Shown in pieces: positions 1-11,635 of a stretch of DNA of 64,000 bases (its first letter is position 1; each line of letters opens with the position of its first letter). The DNA comes from Lama guanicoe (lineage: Eukaryota). A model generated the notes under the pieces. That model ran no database searches, was not told where the DNA came from, and saw only the letters and a program-made list of their open reading frames with translations. The stretch spans positions 124,001 to 188,000 of the forward strand of contig MU056703.1 in the NCBI GenBank assembly GCA_013239625.1, written 5' to 3'. A program made the translations under genes and the position numbers.

Positions 1-946
1 AACGTGAGCATAAAAAGGACAGTGTTCCCAGCCCTCCTGGTGCACACCTGCTTGAAGGAAACGCGTCCCTGAGAAAGAAAGCCCCGTCCGTAGTACAGAA
101 GGAGCTACTGTAGAAACAAAGGGGTGGCGTGCCAGTCCCGGCGCGGAGAGCAGGGGATGTGCGTGCTTAGGAGCAGTTAGAGAAGACTGATAAAGCACGG
201 GATGAAGATACGCAAGATGACGCCACGCATTATGGATTAAGCACATCACAGCATTAACCTGAAAGTGATGAATGCACATTATTTAAGAGAAAAAAGAGAG
301 AGAGTATTGCCGTTTCGAACTCCAGCTCAGGACAGTATTGATACAGACACGAGCGCAGTGTGCTTTTGGTAGACATCCTGTAGCTTACTTGTAGGTCTTC
401 CTCCGTGCTCTTTGACCAGGAAACACTGTACTGTCCACCAGCTGGCGAAGTGGCCAGAGTTTCCTGTAGAACAGTTCATTGAACTCCTCTAAAATTCCAG
501 AAATGTGCTAATACTGGTTCAGGAATAATGCATTTCAATAAACCTTAATACCTTGGTGACTAAGTTCCAAATGCATAGCCTTCATCCTGTTCGCTTAGAA
601 TAGGAAAACCACTCAGAAGGCGCATGAGTGGCATTTGGTTATTTGCTGCCAGTCACACAAGAAGGATGAGTTTGGTGCAGCCATTTCACCATATTTTGTA
701 TGTTTCTTGAAATATCACCCAAGGAAGAAAGAAATTGTGCAGATTACCATGAGATAATGATTGCATTTTGAGGGGAGAATGTGCAGTGAAGAACCAGATA
801 CATCATACCAAAAATCAAACTTATGCCTTATACCACCTCCCTAAATTGAGCACATCTAACAAATTATTTCATGAAGTCACAATCAGGAAATTAGTTTTTA
901 ATACAAAAGCCGTACCATTCTATTGCTTTAAAAATTCGGGTTTTTA

Positions 947-1053
947 AAAGTATATGAAGACGAATACACATATGTATCTGTATGGATGGGACTTTGTGCT
1001 GTACATCAGAGACTGACATATTGTAACTGACTGTACTTCAATTAAAAAAAAAA
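947..1053 (+). mobile_element. 5'-truncated L1 3' end with poly(A)
   Basis: tgtgctgtacatcagagactgacatattgtaactgactgtacttcaatt followed by an A-run; same motif as the other L1 tails in the window. Confidence 0.8.
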
Positions 1054-2974
1054 TTCAGGTTCTTTCTGGACAGAGGAGGGGAGTGGGTGGCTGGCTTTCC
1101 CCAGCTCATGCAGTAGGCACCAGACCCCTGGTGGCTGGGCTTTTCTGTGGTCCTGGGTACATTAAAAGGACCTGGAAAATTTGATATCCAGAAAGAGGTG
1201 TGCAGCAATCAGAAAAGATGCCAAAGCAAATACTGTGTCAGCTTCAGAGTGAGCCAGGGAAAGGCACAGGAAGAGAAGCGCAGGAGGTAGAAAGCACTGG
1301 AAAGTGTGTGTTCTTCCCAGAACAGTTGCAGAACAGCAGCTTCAAGGCGCACACAGAGAAATGCTGGCTCACACCTTCCAGTCCCCAGCGGTGTCGGTAG
1401 CCCGGTGCCCAAGCAATAGGGAAGGAAAAGAAAAGGGAACGTGGGTTGTCAGTCAGAAGAGCCTCCGTTGCCACAAGTAACATTGTCTTTTGTCTCCTTA
1501 CCCAGTGTTCTGGGAGAATTTTTACAACACTTTTCTTTGGGGAAAAGTGATGTGATAGAAGGTGCGAAAGTTTCCAGCACAGCTGTGCCCATGAGAGAAT
1601 CCATCTGAGCAGGAGCAGAAGACAGCTCCCAGACACCCGTGAGATGAGGCGTCACTTGTCAGAGCAGGAGCCGTTTGTGCGTGGTGTGGGGGCAGGGGTG
1701 TGGTGGGAGGAGAAAACATAAGCATCTTTAAAGCAAAGAAACCAGAAGTCGGGGAGGGGATTTAACAGCTGCTGTTAAATTTCACACTTACGTGTGAAAC
1801 ATGGTCTGAAGAATAATTTTGGAAGTTTTAGATGTGTGAATGACTATGTCACCCCCTGATTCACCACTTCGGGGAGATCTACAGTAAGCAGATTCTTTTT
1901 CAAAGATGTTGGTTTTAGAAAAGGATTTCTATTCCAGGGCGGAGGCCGACCCTGGGGAGACTTGGCTTTGTCCAGATTACACACGTGTTTATCAAGAAAG
2001 TGTCCATAAAGAAACACTTCCATGCACGGTAATGGCTGCAGACATCTGAACAGAAACTCATCACTGCCCTTGCCCCAGAGCAACCAGCCATTTCATGTGC
2101 CCTTATTTTGTTAAAGGAGACACTGGATTTCCTGCGGCGGCTAGCTTACCGGTGCCGTTAGCCGCAGTGAACGGGGGGAGAGCCGGTGACAGTTTACGCT
2201 GAACACGTGTGGTTGATTCTGACATTCCGTGAGAACCAACAGTAACGGTCCAGCAGTGATCTGGGAGACAGGTTCTCCCAGTAGCTGCTTTCCTGGTACA
2301 CTGCTATGGTGTCATTGTCACCTGCCCCAGCGTACAGCAATTTCAACAAATCTAATTGGCATAAAGAGCATGGACTAATTATGCTATAATACGTTAAATG
2401 TTGAATAAGTGTGCCAGACCTCTTGCGCCCATGTTAAACGTCTTCCAGTTGTGCACACGTCCCTCGCTTTACAGACAACGCCTAAAGATCGGAGGAGTGA
2501 CTCGGCGCCAGCATCTCTAGATATGACATCACTGCAGCCCTCGGTTTGCATTCATGGCACGGTTGCATTCAGTTTGTGATGACGAGGGGAAGTCACTGTC
2601 TTGGTTTTACACAGCTGCCTTTATTATATTAAAGTGTATTTTAAATTTTCTATGTCCTGTTATTTCCTGTCTCTCTCTCTCTTTTTTTTTTTTGGCTTTT
2701 CTTTATCCACGGAAGTTTTGTTTTTGGTCTTTTTCAGGGACTCCCACGAAGTCCAATATTACATCTGACTTTGATAGGTTCCCGTATTGTCTATCTTGTC
2801 TAATTTGCAGAATCATGCCTTTTACATTCTTATCAAGATCATACATACACTAGTCTAGAAGAAGTAAAAACCAATACTCTCTTGCCAGATATTACCGTGT
2901 GTTTCAGAAGAGTTTCAACTTGTCATGAAACGCCAAAGAGTGAGAGTCGACAATATGACATAAAACGTACAAAG

Positions 2975-3100
2975 AGCGGGAGCTGAGAATTCAAATCACC
3001 CGAGTTTTATCCTGCCTGGGCTGCTCGGAGTTGGTTCCCTTCTAAGCACCGCTGTTTTATCACCTGTAAAATGGGAATAATCACATTGACCTCTTTTATT
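2975..3100 (+). mobile_element. MIR SINE remnant
   Basis: Core motif tcacctgtaaaatgggaataatc. Confidence 0.6.
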
Positions 3101-3757
3101 TTAGAAACCTGTTGTTGGGTATTTCTGGGGGTTAATGCAGGGTTGTTAACTCATCAATAATTGTTCCCCAATCTGGGTTATTTCTTCCTGTTGAAACCTA
3201 ACCCGATGTAGGGGTACAGAAGCCAGAAGTGACGCAGAAACTGCAAAGAGGAAATTAACTCAACTTATCTTTGGCAGATCGGTCACAAAAACACTTCTCA
3301 GACATAAAAACGATAAAGGTATGTGCTAACTAAAATATATACAAAATTGACAAAAAGAAGAAAGGTTAGAATAGATGTGCAAATAAGCGACAGACATTTT
3401 CCCATGTGAGGGTAAACGGAACCGTTTTTAATTAGGAAAGCTCATGGTTGTAAGAACAGGAGTGTAAGTTTTCATTGAAAAATATAGAAGCAAGAAAATC
3501 AGTTTGGTCTTCATGTCATAAATAAGGAGCCAAACATATTTGTTTCTGCATTTAAGAATCTAGTTTGATTCCTAAAGCATGTTCTGCTCCAAAGCATACT
3601 TTCCTATTTTCAACCTACAAACTCACTTATCCAGTGTATTCATGCTTGTAGAGTAATGATGTGAAAATAGCTTTTACAAAAAAGCACGTATGAAATTGTC
3701 AGGAATGGCAATTTCTTTTGAGGAGTTAATCCATTAATTTCACGATGACATGTTATG

Positions 3758-3790
3758 GAGAGAGAGGTGGAGAGAGAGAGAGAGACAAAG
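3758..3790. repeat. (GA)n purine microsatellite
   Basis: gagagagaggtggagagagagagagagacaaag seen directly. Confidence 0.85.
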
Positions 3791-4699
3791 AGAGGGGCTT
3801 TATGTTTCTCATTAACTCAGAAATCAGAACAAAGGCTGAAAAATTGATGATGTAACGTGGAAGCACCATCGGAAGGCAGGTCAGTGGCCCCCGCTGGTTG
3901 GTTTCTGCTCTGAGATTAGCATAAATGGTGGCTGACACGTCTACGTCAAAGTCACCACAGGCAGGGAGGTTCTTACCTTCAGAAAAGGTAAGGCACTTAG
4001 CAAATCTCTTGCGCATGATCAATGATTGCTTTAGAATTGCTAGCTGAAGATAATCACCCTGTACGATCCATTAGAGTCGGGGCCTTTTTTCCTAAATGCT
4101 TTTAGAAATAGGAAAGGCATCATATTAATTCTCCTTGATATTTCATTAGTTTCATGTCATTTGTTTCATTAGTTATCCGCTATTTCACACTGGTGTCAAT
4201 GACACAACGCTAATTTCTTGACACATACTGTTTTATGGTCCTCATGAATTGTGCTCATTATGGAAAATGGGCTGAATTTTTTATTGGTTTATCTTGAATG
4301 AATGATTATAGTGAAATAATTCACTTTGTAATTGTTGCCAAGAAGATACGTTTGCAGAAGTGTGTATATTTCTAAAAGAAACAGTGTGTTGGGGATAGAA
4401 ATGTAGAGTATTTGACAGACAATGAATATGAATTACAGAGTCACCATCACTCCCTGAAACTCACTTCCTCGATCGCTGTCTCAGAAGACAAAGGTAATTT
4501 TTACAATCTAATCTAATTCAAGAACACACTTACTTTTTAAAACTGCTGTTATCAATGACATTTTAAAAGGTGGGAGAAAGGCTTCGAAGGATTTAATGTG
4601 ATAATTTTGCTTATCAAATATATGGACCAAATTTGGCATTGCTATTCAGAAGTGTATAACATTACTATCGTGCATTAAAACCTTGAAATAGCAACTATC

Positions 4700-5045
4700 C
4701 CGGGAAACATTTTGGCCACTTAACAAACTATTAAACAGAGCTGTCATATGAGTTAACAATTCCACTCTGAGGTACACGCCCACAGAGTTGAAAACGTGAA
4801 GTCCACACAAAAACTGATCCGGGCATGTCCACTGCAGCATTATTCACAACCGCCAAAGAGTAAAATCAGCACTAACCTTCGTCAGTGGATGAATGGAAAG
4901 TCAGAAGGTGGTTGTCAATATCACGGACTATTATGCAGCCACGAAACGGAATGTGGTACTCATGCGTACTACAGCATGGATGGTCCTTGAAGACACTGTG
5001 CTGAGTGGAAGAAGCCAGACACAGACAGTTACGTCTTGTATTGGA
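4700..5045 (+). mobile_element. Old L1 (L1MB-like), ORF2 end and 3'UTR
   Basis: caattccactctgagg...gtccacacaaaaac...gcagcattattcacaaccgccaaa...catggatggtccttgaagacactgtgctgagtggaagaagccagacaca. Confidence 0.8.
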
Positions 5046-6524
5046 AAGAGCACACAGTGGATTATAATACACCCCCTGCCTCTACCATGTCCAGTGACCA
5101 CGCTCTTTGTGAAGATGCCGGGGATTTAGAACAACAGAAAACAAACTGGGATTGTTAAGAACAAATAAAATAATTATTTTGATACTACTTGGAATTCTAT
5201 TTTTATGAGGAAAGGGAGTGTTGTGACTTTTGTGTTGCATTGCCATAATGACTGCATAAACACATTTTTAATCTAGTGGACATTAATCCCAAAGTATGAG
5301 TTCTCAAGAAAAGAAAAATTATATATATTTGTGTGTGTGTGTCAAATTTCCTTAATAAGAAATGAAACAGGTACAAAGAATTTTAAGCCAGATGGAAATG
5401 AAGGGTGATTTGGCAGTGGGGCAGCCTGTGACCTTAATATGTCACCGTTAATTAACCGAAAAAAGTCTTATTTATTTTAGCTAAGTGGTTTGTGCTTATT
5501 CTTTCATATTTTGTCAAGGAGCTAACAGCATCATTAATCATGTAATTTTAAGTGAGCATAAATGCAGAGCCTCTGAGGATGAAAAATGGAGGGGAAATAG
5601 CCCCAAATTCAATGGCAACAGTGACTTTACAGAAAAATTCACCAGAAAGGAAGCTGTTACACATGCAGATTGAAACTCCCAACATGAGGCAATTGAGGAG
5701 CTAAATTAAATCAACGTCATGAGACTGAGAGCGTGAAGGAGCTGTCTTCTTTGACAAATCCAGCTGTTATTAAACCAGGCAATGCACTCGGCCCGCTGCC
5801 AGCCTAGCTCTCAGAATGCCACTGACGTCGGAGATGCCAAGAAAACATATTCCGTGAGCATCAGGAATTCAAATTCCAGTCCTTAAATGTAATCAGGTAG
5901 CAATGCAAATACTCCAATTACTTGAGAATCAGAGGTTAGGCAATTCAAATTCCTTTTCAGCATGTTTTAGATTTTATTTTGTTTTGCTCAATTTTCTTTC
6001 TGTCCCGTCCTATGATTATCTGTTAAGAGGCCATCACAGCATGTACATCCAGCACCTGCTTCCATCAATTAAAAGAAGGTGAAATCCCAAACGTAAATTA
6101 CTGTTTTCTCCTTCCTGGTACAGACGTCAATTCAATAATGGGGAGAAACAGTAGGTTTGGATTTTTTGTTAAATGCAAAATATAAGGTTTATTTGACTTG
6201 TTCTTTGCCTTTGTTTCATGCAAGGGCGGTAAACCTTGAAGATATTCAATCTTAATTTCATGTGATTATGCCAAATTACATTATCCCGACAGTGGTAATA
6301 GTGGTAACTGATTGCAAATATGTCTTTTTGATTGTGACTAAAAGAAATATTTCAATTCTAATTGTAGACAAATTAAATACACCAGGGATTTGGCACCTGA
6401 AATTTCAGCCAGAAGAGGAAACAAAAGATGTATAATTTTCTTTTGGCAAACTAATTCTGAAAGGGGGTGTGTTAGATAGAAGGGAAATGTCTTTAGAGCA
6501 GAAGAAACAGACATATAACAGAGC

Positions 6525-6622
6525 CTGCTTGCCTCCCAGAGGCCCCACCTCCTGACACCGTCACACTGGGGGTTAGGTTTCAAAATATGAGTGTAGGGTC
6601 CACAGACATTCAGACCATAACG
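6525..6622 (-). mobile_element. MaLR LTR fragment (MLT1A-like)
   Basis: aggccccacctcctgacaccgtcacactgggggttaggtttcaaaatatg...acattcagaccata is the reverse complement of the MLT1A start. Confidence 0.75.
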
Positions 6623-9254
6623 TTTCTGGAGGAGGTATCTGGACCAGGACTACGGCACCTCGATGATGCCGAATTATAGAATCTAGTCCTTCTGAAACTA
6701 TTTACTTCCAAACCCTTTTGGAAAAATAAGGGGTGATGTAGGACATGGGGGAAAACAGTCAAGGCTGCTGTAGTGGAAGGTCTTCCTTCTCTGGCCCTGA
6801 AGATGAAGGGTGTCGCCATCTCGGCACACCTGTCAGCTGTGTATGGCAGGTGATGGACCCTGACACAGTGTGGGAATTCCATCCCTCCCACAAAACCCAG
6901 GTCTGACCTGCAAGGTGGACAGAGTCCCCTGGAGAAATGCCGGACACACTCAAGGTTGCTAATGGCAATGAAAAATTTGCATAAGTCTTTTGAATAGCAA
7001 TTTTCTGATAGAAAGAAAGAGAGAGTGGGGGCGGGGTGGGGCAGAAGGTAAACAAATTAGGGCACACAGTATTGATAGCATCCTTGGAAGCCCTTAAAAT
7101 ACCTAATTATGATCCGTCCTCAGAGCTGCTGGGTCTGCAAGGGACTTAAAAATGATAACGGTCCCTGGGTTGGCATCATGGTGATTTTTATCTTCATGTC
7201 TTTGCTGTCATTAAAGCTGAAACAATATTCTTTTAGCAAGACCCCTGTAAGGCTGAGGAGTATTTTAATCCGTTCTTAAGATGAGAGGAATGAGTTAGAG
7301 GGAGATATTTGGGTCCTTTCTGCAGCTGAGAGGAGTGGAGAGCAGGAGGCGGAAGCGCCCCAGAGCCTGGACACGGGGCTTGGACGGGCAGGTTTAGCGT
7401 GTGGGTGACAGCCTCCGGGCTCTGAGCGTCCGAGCTGTTTGATGGCCGGGGATCAGACCAGGCAAACTTGCCGTATTTGTTTCCCAGCCATGTGGCCACG
7501 TTCTTCATGTTCCATTTTGTCTCAGGAAGGGATAATAAGGGGAAATGAGGCGAAAAGCTGAATGCCTTCACTTTGGTTTGGTTTTGTCTTGTTTTAGGTG
7601 AACACGTGCTCTGCTTGGCTGCAATGATGCCGGCCTGGTGTTTAGCTCCTTGGTTCGGCCGAGGTACGGTCTCCACCCCCGGGTTTATGACTTTTATAGT
7701 TATTCACTTGAGTAGCTGTGTTTCTGAAGCAATTTGGATCGCGTCATTGGACACAGTTAAAGTCAGGCAGGCTGACTGGGGCTGCCCGTGTTTCTTACCG
7801 TGGGTAATTGCTGTCTCTGCAAGTGTCGGAAAGTGCCGTGTTTTCACAGAGCTGCGAACAACACTGTGGATTCAAGGGCAGCAAAATGTGAAAACTATTT
7901 CAGTGCTTTATGGGTATTGATTTAGGACTAAACAATACGAATCCATAGTTAATACGTTAATAAATCAGGGCTTTTAAGCTGCAGATAGCCATCAATCCGA
8001 AGGATCTAGAAAATGGCCAGGGTAGCATCTTGACACTTCTTCCAGAAAGCAGTCATGATCTTCTTCAACCGCTCACCTGCTCTGTCACCGCAGGCCTGCC
8101 AACTCACGTGCAGCCAGGGGAGCATCCTAAACTGAAGCCTTATTTCTAGACATCTTCTGCTTGGAATTTTTTTGTGTGTTGAATGTGCTAGTAAGGAAGA
8201 AGGTCTTGAGTGGCAGTGATGTCCACGAGGAAATTATAATACAGGACAGAAACTGAGAAGCACTGGTGGCTGGGGAAGACGTGAAATGGTCCTGGTGTAT
8301 TTCTTTCTGTGCCTTAATGTTTCCACAATCCGCTGTTCAGGCAGCACAGATTTAACGCCTCCGTGGGGCAAACCATGGCTGTGCTAACAGGGGATGAGAT
8401 TTAAGTTCCCGCCTCTCTTTAGGGGGATGTGAGAAACATTCCTTTGGGTCTAGAAGAGGAGGTGAGCATTTCTGCAAGTATGGAGGGAGTGCCCTTCAGT
8501 GCTGTCACTCCTGGGAGGCAGGTCCCTGTCAGGCTGCACCTTGAGCTCTGCTGGTCCCAGGCACTGCCACCTGCCCATCCTCTGTGGACCACTTCTTACA
8601 CCTGGGGCAGACAAGGATGGTGCCCAGGTCAGGGCCAAGCCTGCTGAAGGCCTCACACCCCAGGAAGGAACACACCATGGCTCAAAAAAGAAGACTCATA
8701 ATTACCGTAAGTAGGCCTTTTTGTTTTGAGGTGGCCTCCGCACAGACCTGACTGTTCAAGAGTAGCAAGACCAGGATCCACACACTCCCTGGTCCTCCCC
8801 GGGGGGTCAGAATTTGGGGTGCACTTCCACGAGGAGTTCAGAAAGCCCTGGCGAGCTGAACCCATTTACCCTCGACTGGTTTTGATGGATGTGTGTGCTT
8901 TGTGCCTCCGCTGCTTTTTGATAACGAAGTGCAACAATGTGACACGGAGCCCGCACCGTCATTTTCACCCACCAGGAAGCCTACACCAGCTCCCGCAGCC
9001 TGGTCTGAGCCAGGCGGTTGACCTCTTAGCAGTAGAAACAAAGAGGTAGAAGGGAGCTAACTCTGTAAGGAGAATCCACACACCTCACTGCATCTCTGGC
9101 TGTGGCAGAGAATGGTAAAAAAGTACAGAACCTCATAGTTTCTCCAATTGCTTGAAAAATCTTTGCTGTCCTACCCTATGTTTCAAGCATAATGTAGCGT
9201 GGAAATGTCATCATTTTCCGTAAAATCTAATTGTATAGATTTTTCTGTGAAATC

Positions 9255-9660
9255 TTAGTCATGTCCTTGGCCCATTTTTCTACTGGTTTGTTTTCTCTTT
9301 CTTATTTAACTTTTAAATAAGAGCAGTAGCTATTTGCCTAAAAAGTATGCTGCTTTTTTTTTTCAATTGGTGTTTCTCTTTTATGACTTTACAATAAAGT
9401 TAAAATGTTTGTATAATTAAAGTCATATATTTTGTTTATGGCATATTTGTTTTTGTACAGCTTAGAAATGCCTTCTCTACGCAATGTTTAGAGATCAGTG
9501 GTTCCACATTTTCCTCTAAAGCTTTTGTGGGTTTATTTTTCAAAGTTTACTATTTGATTCTCCTGGAATTTATTTTCATATAAGAAATGAACTAGAAATC
9601 CAATTATATGTTTATTTTAAAGAAAAGGTGAGATAGTGTTTCATCACATTTATTGAATAT
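9255..9660 (-). mobile_element. Ancient L1M ORF2 remnant
   Basis: T-rich; tccttggcccatttttctactggtttg...ttgattctcctggaatttattttc...catttattgaata. Confidence 0.65.
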
Positions 9661-10622
9661 AGGATTCAATTTAGAATGAGTATGCACCTAAATAAATCCA
9701 ATTACTTACACTAAGCAGAGCAAAAACATCATGCAAAGTAAAGCCATGGGGTGGATTGTTTCTTCTACTTTTACCTTTGAAGATCAAAAATTACATAGGC
9801 CTGGAAAAAAAATATAAGAATGTATAATCTTATAATCCAATAACTGTGAGAAGAACGCTCACGAAATAGAAATCAAGAAGGAAATATTTGAAATTGCTAC
9901 TAAATATTTTAATTGCTGGTAGGTTTTGGTTTCCTGCCTGTCTTTGGACACTTCCTTAGAAAGAGCAAAGCTCTTCAATAAAAAAAAAAAGTTAAATAAG
10001 AAGACATCGCAAAGCAACTTACTAGGGCCACTGAAGAGTCCTGTGAGGTGAAGAAATAGAATTAGGTTGAGTCATGTTGAACCTGCTTTACTGCGTGTGT
10101 AGGGAGATAATTTCTCCAATAAACAACCAGCAAGGGTAGCTCAACCTGATGCATATGCTGTAAGATTTTAGATCATTATATTAAGACCCCAAAACTTATT
10201 ATTGCAAAACTCTAGCTTTGCTTAAGGTAACACGTGTTTTTATATAAAAGCAGAAGAAAAAGAAGGAGGCGGCGAGGCGGGAGGGTGGGAAGGGGGAGGG
10301 TGTGAGGAGAGGGAGTGGAAAGGACAGGGGTGCACTGCTCTTTTAAGCCTTCTCCTTCCTGTGTCACATCTGAAGGGAATATTCTGGTTCACTATTTCAG
10401 ACAATTCACCAATGAATCCCAACAAGGCCAAGAATGAAAGGAATGTGGGTACCCAGTGTCAGCAAAACCTGAAGGAAGCCTCCAGATCAAGTCAGGAACT
10501 GTGGTAGACTCTTAGATTTGCGTTTGAAGAAGAATGTGCTGTTGGGTAGATAGGTGAACTGAATATGTATTAAGCCCCAAGTTAAAGGTCACTTCTAAAG
10601 CCAGTGATTCCCCACCCCCGTC

Positions 10623-10665
10623 ATACAGAAGCAGACACAGACACAGACACAGACACACACACACA
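10623..10665. repeat. (CAGACA)n grading into (CA)n microsatellite
   Basis: Seen directly. Confidence 0.9.
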
Positions 10666-11083
10666 CTCTTCCTCCTCTGAGGAGAGAGACAAAAATTGAG
10701 TTTCCCGAATTTATATCCGATGCTGACTGTTCTAAAGAAACGGGATGTGGGCTATCTGGTTTCACATCAATGATGCTATTAGGAAGAAATGGCAAAGGCT
10801 GATAAGGACTAAAGGAAGAATGCTGTGTAAATAACCTGGCCTGGCTTGCCGAGGAGACTTTATGAGGTCATTTACACAGTAGAATAGAAACTAGTGCACT
10901 GGGATGGATGTAATGCCTTGCTCACAAAGAATTGAAATTCACTTTATTGCTCCACACATTCTGAGAAGCATGGCTGTCCTCATGACTGACGTCTACTTCA
11001 CCCTAAAATAAATCACTGACCAATGGTTAGGATACAGCTACATGCTTAGAATAAGTGCTTCTTGGTCAAAATAGAAACAACTC

Positions 11084-11366
11084 NNNNNNNNNNNNNNNNN
11101 NNNNNNNNNNNNNNNNNNNNNNNNNNNNNNNNNNNNNNNNNNNNNNNNNNNNNNNNNNNNNNNNNNNNNNNNNNNNNNNNNNNNNNNNNNNNNNNNNNNN
11201 NNNNNNNNNNNNNNNNNNNNNNNNNNNNNNNNNNNNNNNNNNNNNNNNNNNNNNNNNNNNNNNNNNNNNNNNNNNNNNNNNNNNNNNNNNNNNNNNNNNN
11301 NNNNNNNNNNNNNNNNNNNNNNNNNNNNNNNNNNNNNNNNNNNNNNNNNNNNNNNNNNNNNNNNNN
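11084..11366. other. Assembly gap (283 N)
   Basis: Run of N next to an L1 tail. Confidence 1.
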
Positions 11367-11635
11367 ATTTACAGTGTTGCATTAGTTTCTGGTGTACAGC
11401 AAAGTGATTCAGTTACACACACACACACATATATTATTTTTCAGATTCTTTTTCATTATAAGCTATTACAAGAAATTGAATACAGTTCCCTGTGCTGTAC
11501 AGTAGGTCCCTGTTGTTTATCTATTTGATATACAGTAGTTTGTATCTGCTAATCCCACATTCCTGATTTATCCCTCCCCTCTCCTTTTCCTTTGGCAACC
11601 ACAAGTTTGTTTTCTGTGTCTGTGAGTTTGTTTCT
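11367..11635 (-). mobile_element. L1 3'UTR (cetartiodactyl type)
   Basis: ttagtttctggtgtacagcaaagtgattcag...gttccctgtgctgtacagtagg...ggcaaccacaagtttgttttctg. Confidence 0.9.

Noticed and set aside
3-113. Open frame at the window edge (REHKKDSVPSPPGAHLLEGNASLRKKAPSVVQKELL*) as a possible terminal coding exon
   Set aside because: Only 36 codons, truncated by the window edge and matching no protein I recognise.
2261-2281. Short hairpins (ctgggaga/tctcccag here; cagcgga/tccgctg near 14680)
   Set aside because: Stems of 7-8 bp are expected by chance; no miRNA or snoRNA context.
11038-11528. ORFs with X runs (also 60692-61034)
   Set aside because: Artefacts of assembly gaps.
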